Source of the DNA: Narcine bancroftii
Taxonomy: Eukaryota
Assembly (NCBI RefSeq): GCF_036971445.1
Contig: NC_091475.1
Coordinates: 53,010,001 to 53,074,000, forward strand
DNA: 64,000 nt
Direction: 5' to 3'
Shown: positions 62,772 to 64,000 of the stretch, piece after piece
Layout of the letters: each line of letters opens with the position of its first letter
Position numbering within the stretch: the first letter of the stretch is position 1
Position numbers and translations under genes: made by a program
The notes under the pieces: generated by a model
Database searches by the model: none
Seen by the model: only the letters and a program-made list of their open reading frames with translations
What the model was told of the DNA's origin: nothing

Positions 62772-64000
62772 TGTTTGTCTCTGAGGCCAAAGTCAGAACA
62801 TCCTTCGAGAGGGTGAACCCTCGCAAGGCATCAGGCCCTGATGGCGTACCTGGCAGAATACTGTGCCAACCAACTAGCTGGAGTGTTCATGGACATTTTC
62901 AACCTTTCATTGCTTCAGTCAGAGGTTCCCACTTGCTTCAAAAGGCCATCAATCATCCCGGTGCCCAAGAAGAGTAGAGTGACTGCCTCATGGCTCTCAC
63001 CCAGTAGCACTAACATCTACTGTGATGACATACTTTGAGAGGTTGGCCATGGCTAGATTTAATTTGTATCTAGGTAAAGATCTGCACCCACTGCAATTTG
63101 CCTACCATTACAATTGCCTTGCAGCAGATGCAATCTCACTACCTCTCCACTCAGACCTGGATCACCTTGACAGCAGCAACACATACATCAGGCAACTTTT
63201 CATCAACTACCGCTGAGCTTTCAACACCGTTATACACTCAGTACTGGTCAACAAACTCCAAAACCTGGGCATCTGCATCCCACCCTGCAAGTGGATCATT
63301 GGCTTCCTCGTTGGAAGACCATAGTCAGTGTGAATCAGAAACAACGTCTCCCCCTCACTGACAATCGGCACACAGGCACCTCAAGGATGCTTGCTTAGCC
63401 CACTGCTCTACTCACTTTACACCCATGACTGTGTGGCTGGGCAAAATTCAAATGCCATCTACAAATTTGCCTGACACTATAGTAGTCGACAGAATCATGG
63501 ACGGCAGTAAGGAAATGTACAGGAATAGAGAGAAGAGCTTGTTGAATGGTGTCATAACAACAACCTTGCACTCAACATTAGCAAAGCTCAGGAACGGATT
63601 GTGGATTTCATGAAGGGGAAACCAGGAGAACACAAACTACTCCTCATTGAGGAAAGACACAGGATTCTGTTGACACCGTGGTTAAGTAAAAAAAACATAC
63701 AAATGCTGGAGTAACACAGCAAGTCAAACAGTGCCTTTATATAGCAAAGGTGAAGATACAAACCTTGATGAAGGGCTCAAGCCCACAACATTGGTGATGT
63801 ATCTTCACCTTTGCCACATAAATGCACTGTTTGGCCTGCTGAGTTTCTCCAGCATTTGTATGCTTTTTCACTCCCCACTGAGAGGTCAGCAGTGGAGAGG
63901 GTAAAGAACTTCTAATTCCTGGGAGTCAACTACACTGAAGATCTGTCCTTGGGTCATCATGATGCAAACTTGAAGAAGGCTCGCTAGCAGCTATATTTCG
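62772..64000 (+). mobile_element. Rex1/Babar LINE RT region (runs off the window)
   Basis: Peptides [39 protein letters not shown] and GCLLSPLLYSLYTHDC. Confidence 0.92.
63653..63872. mobile_element. Penelope-derived fold-back element with a hammerhead-like core in its loop, inserted in Rex1/Babar
   Basis: Arms 63685-63760 and 63798-63872; loop accttgatgaagggctcaagcccacaacattggt; degenerate TSD actcctcattgag / actccccactgag. Confidence 0.82.

Larger units (their letters stand above)
47690..64000 (+). other. DMD: 5' part of dystrophin intron 45
   Basis: Begins with GT at 47690; no exon-46-like sequence (LEEQKNIL..) seen by eye before the window end. Confidence 0.7.

Overview
This is vertebrate genomic DNA, AT-rich and dense in transposable elements (TEs). 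The repeat content (V-SINEs with CR1-type tails, Penelope, Rex1/Babar, CR1, RTE) points to a cartilaginous fish, probably a ray; that assignment is inference. The window lies inside the dystrophin gene on the + strand. The only clear coding exon is the 176-nt orthologue of human DMD exon 45 (47514-47689), so the rest is intron 44 (at least 47.5 kb) and intron 45 (at least 16.3 kb). The best discovery candidate is a frame-preserving 12-nt microexon in intron 45 (58146-58157). It has a strong polypyrimidine tract, AG/GT ends and a dense downstream YCAY (NOVA-type) cluster plus a TGCATG, the layout of a neuron-regulated microexon. Other notable items: Penelope-derived fold-back elements carrying minimal hammerhead-ribozyme cores, a composite hAT MITE made of two mini-MITEs, a hAT-ended element built from SINE tails, a 43-bp templated insertion, a young RTE insertion with a perfect target-site duplication (TSD), and a Tigger4-like MITE. 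Repeat boundaries were set by eye and are approximate unless a TSD or terminal inverted repeat (TIR) is quoted. Almost all ORFs in the supplied track are TE remnants or noise.
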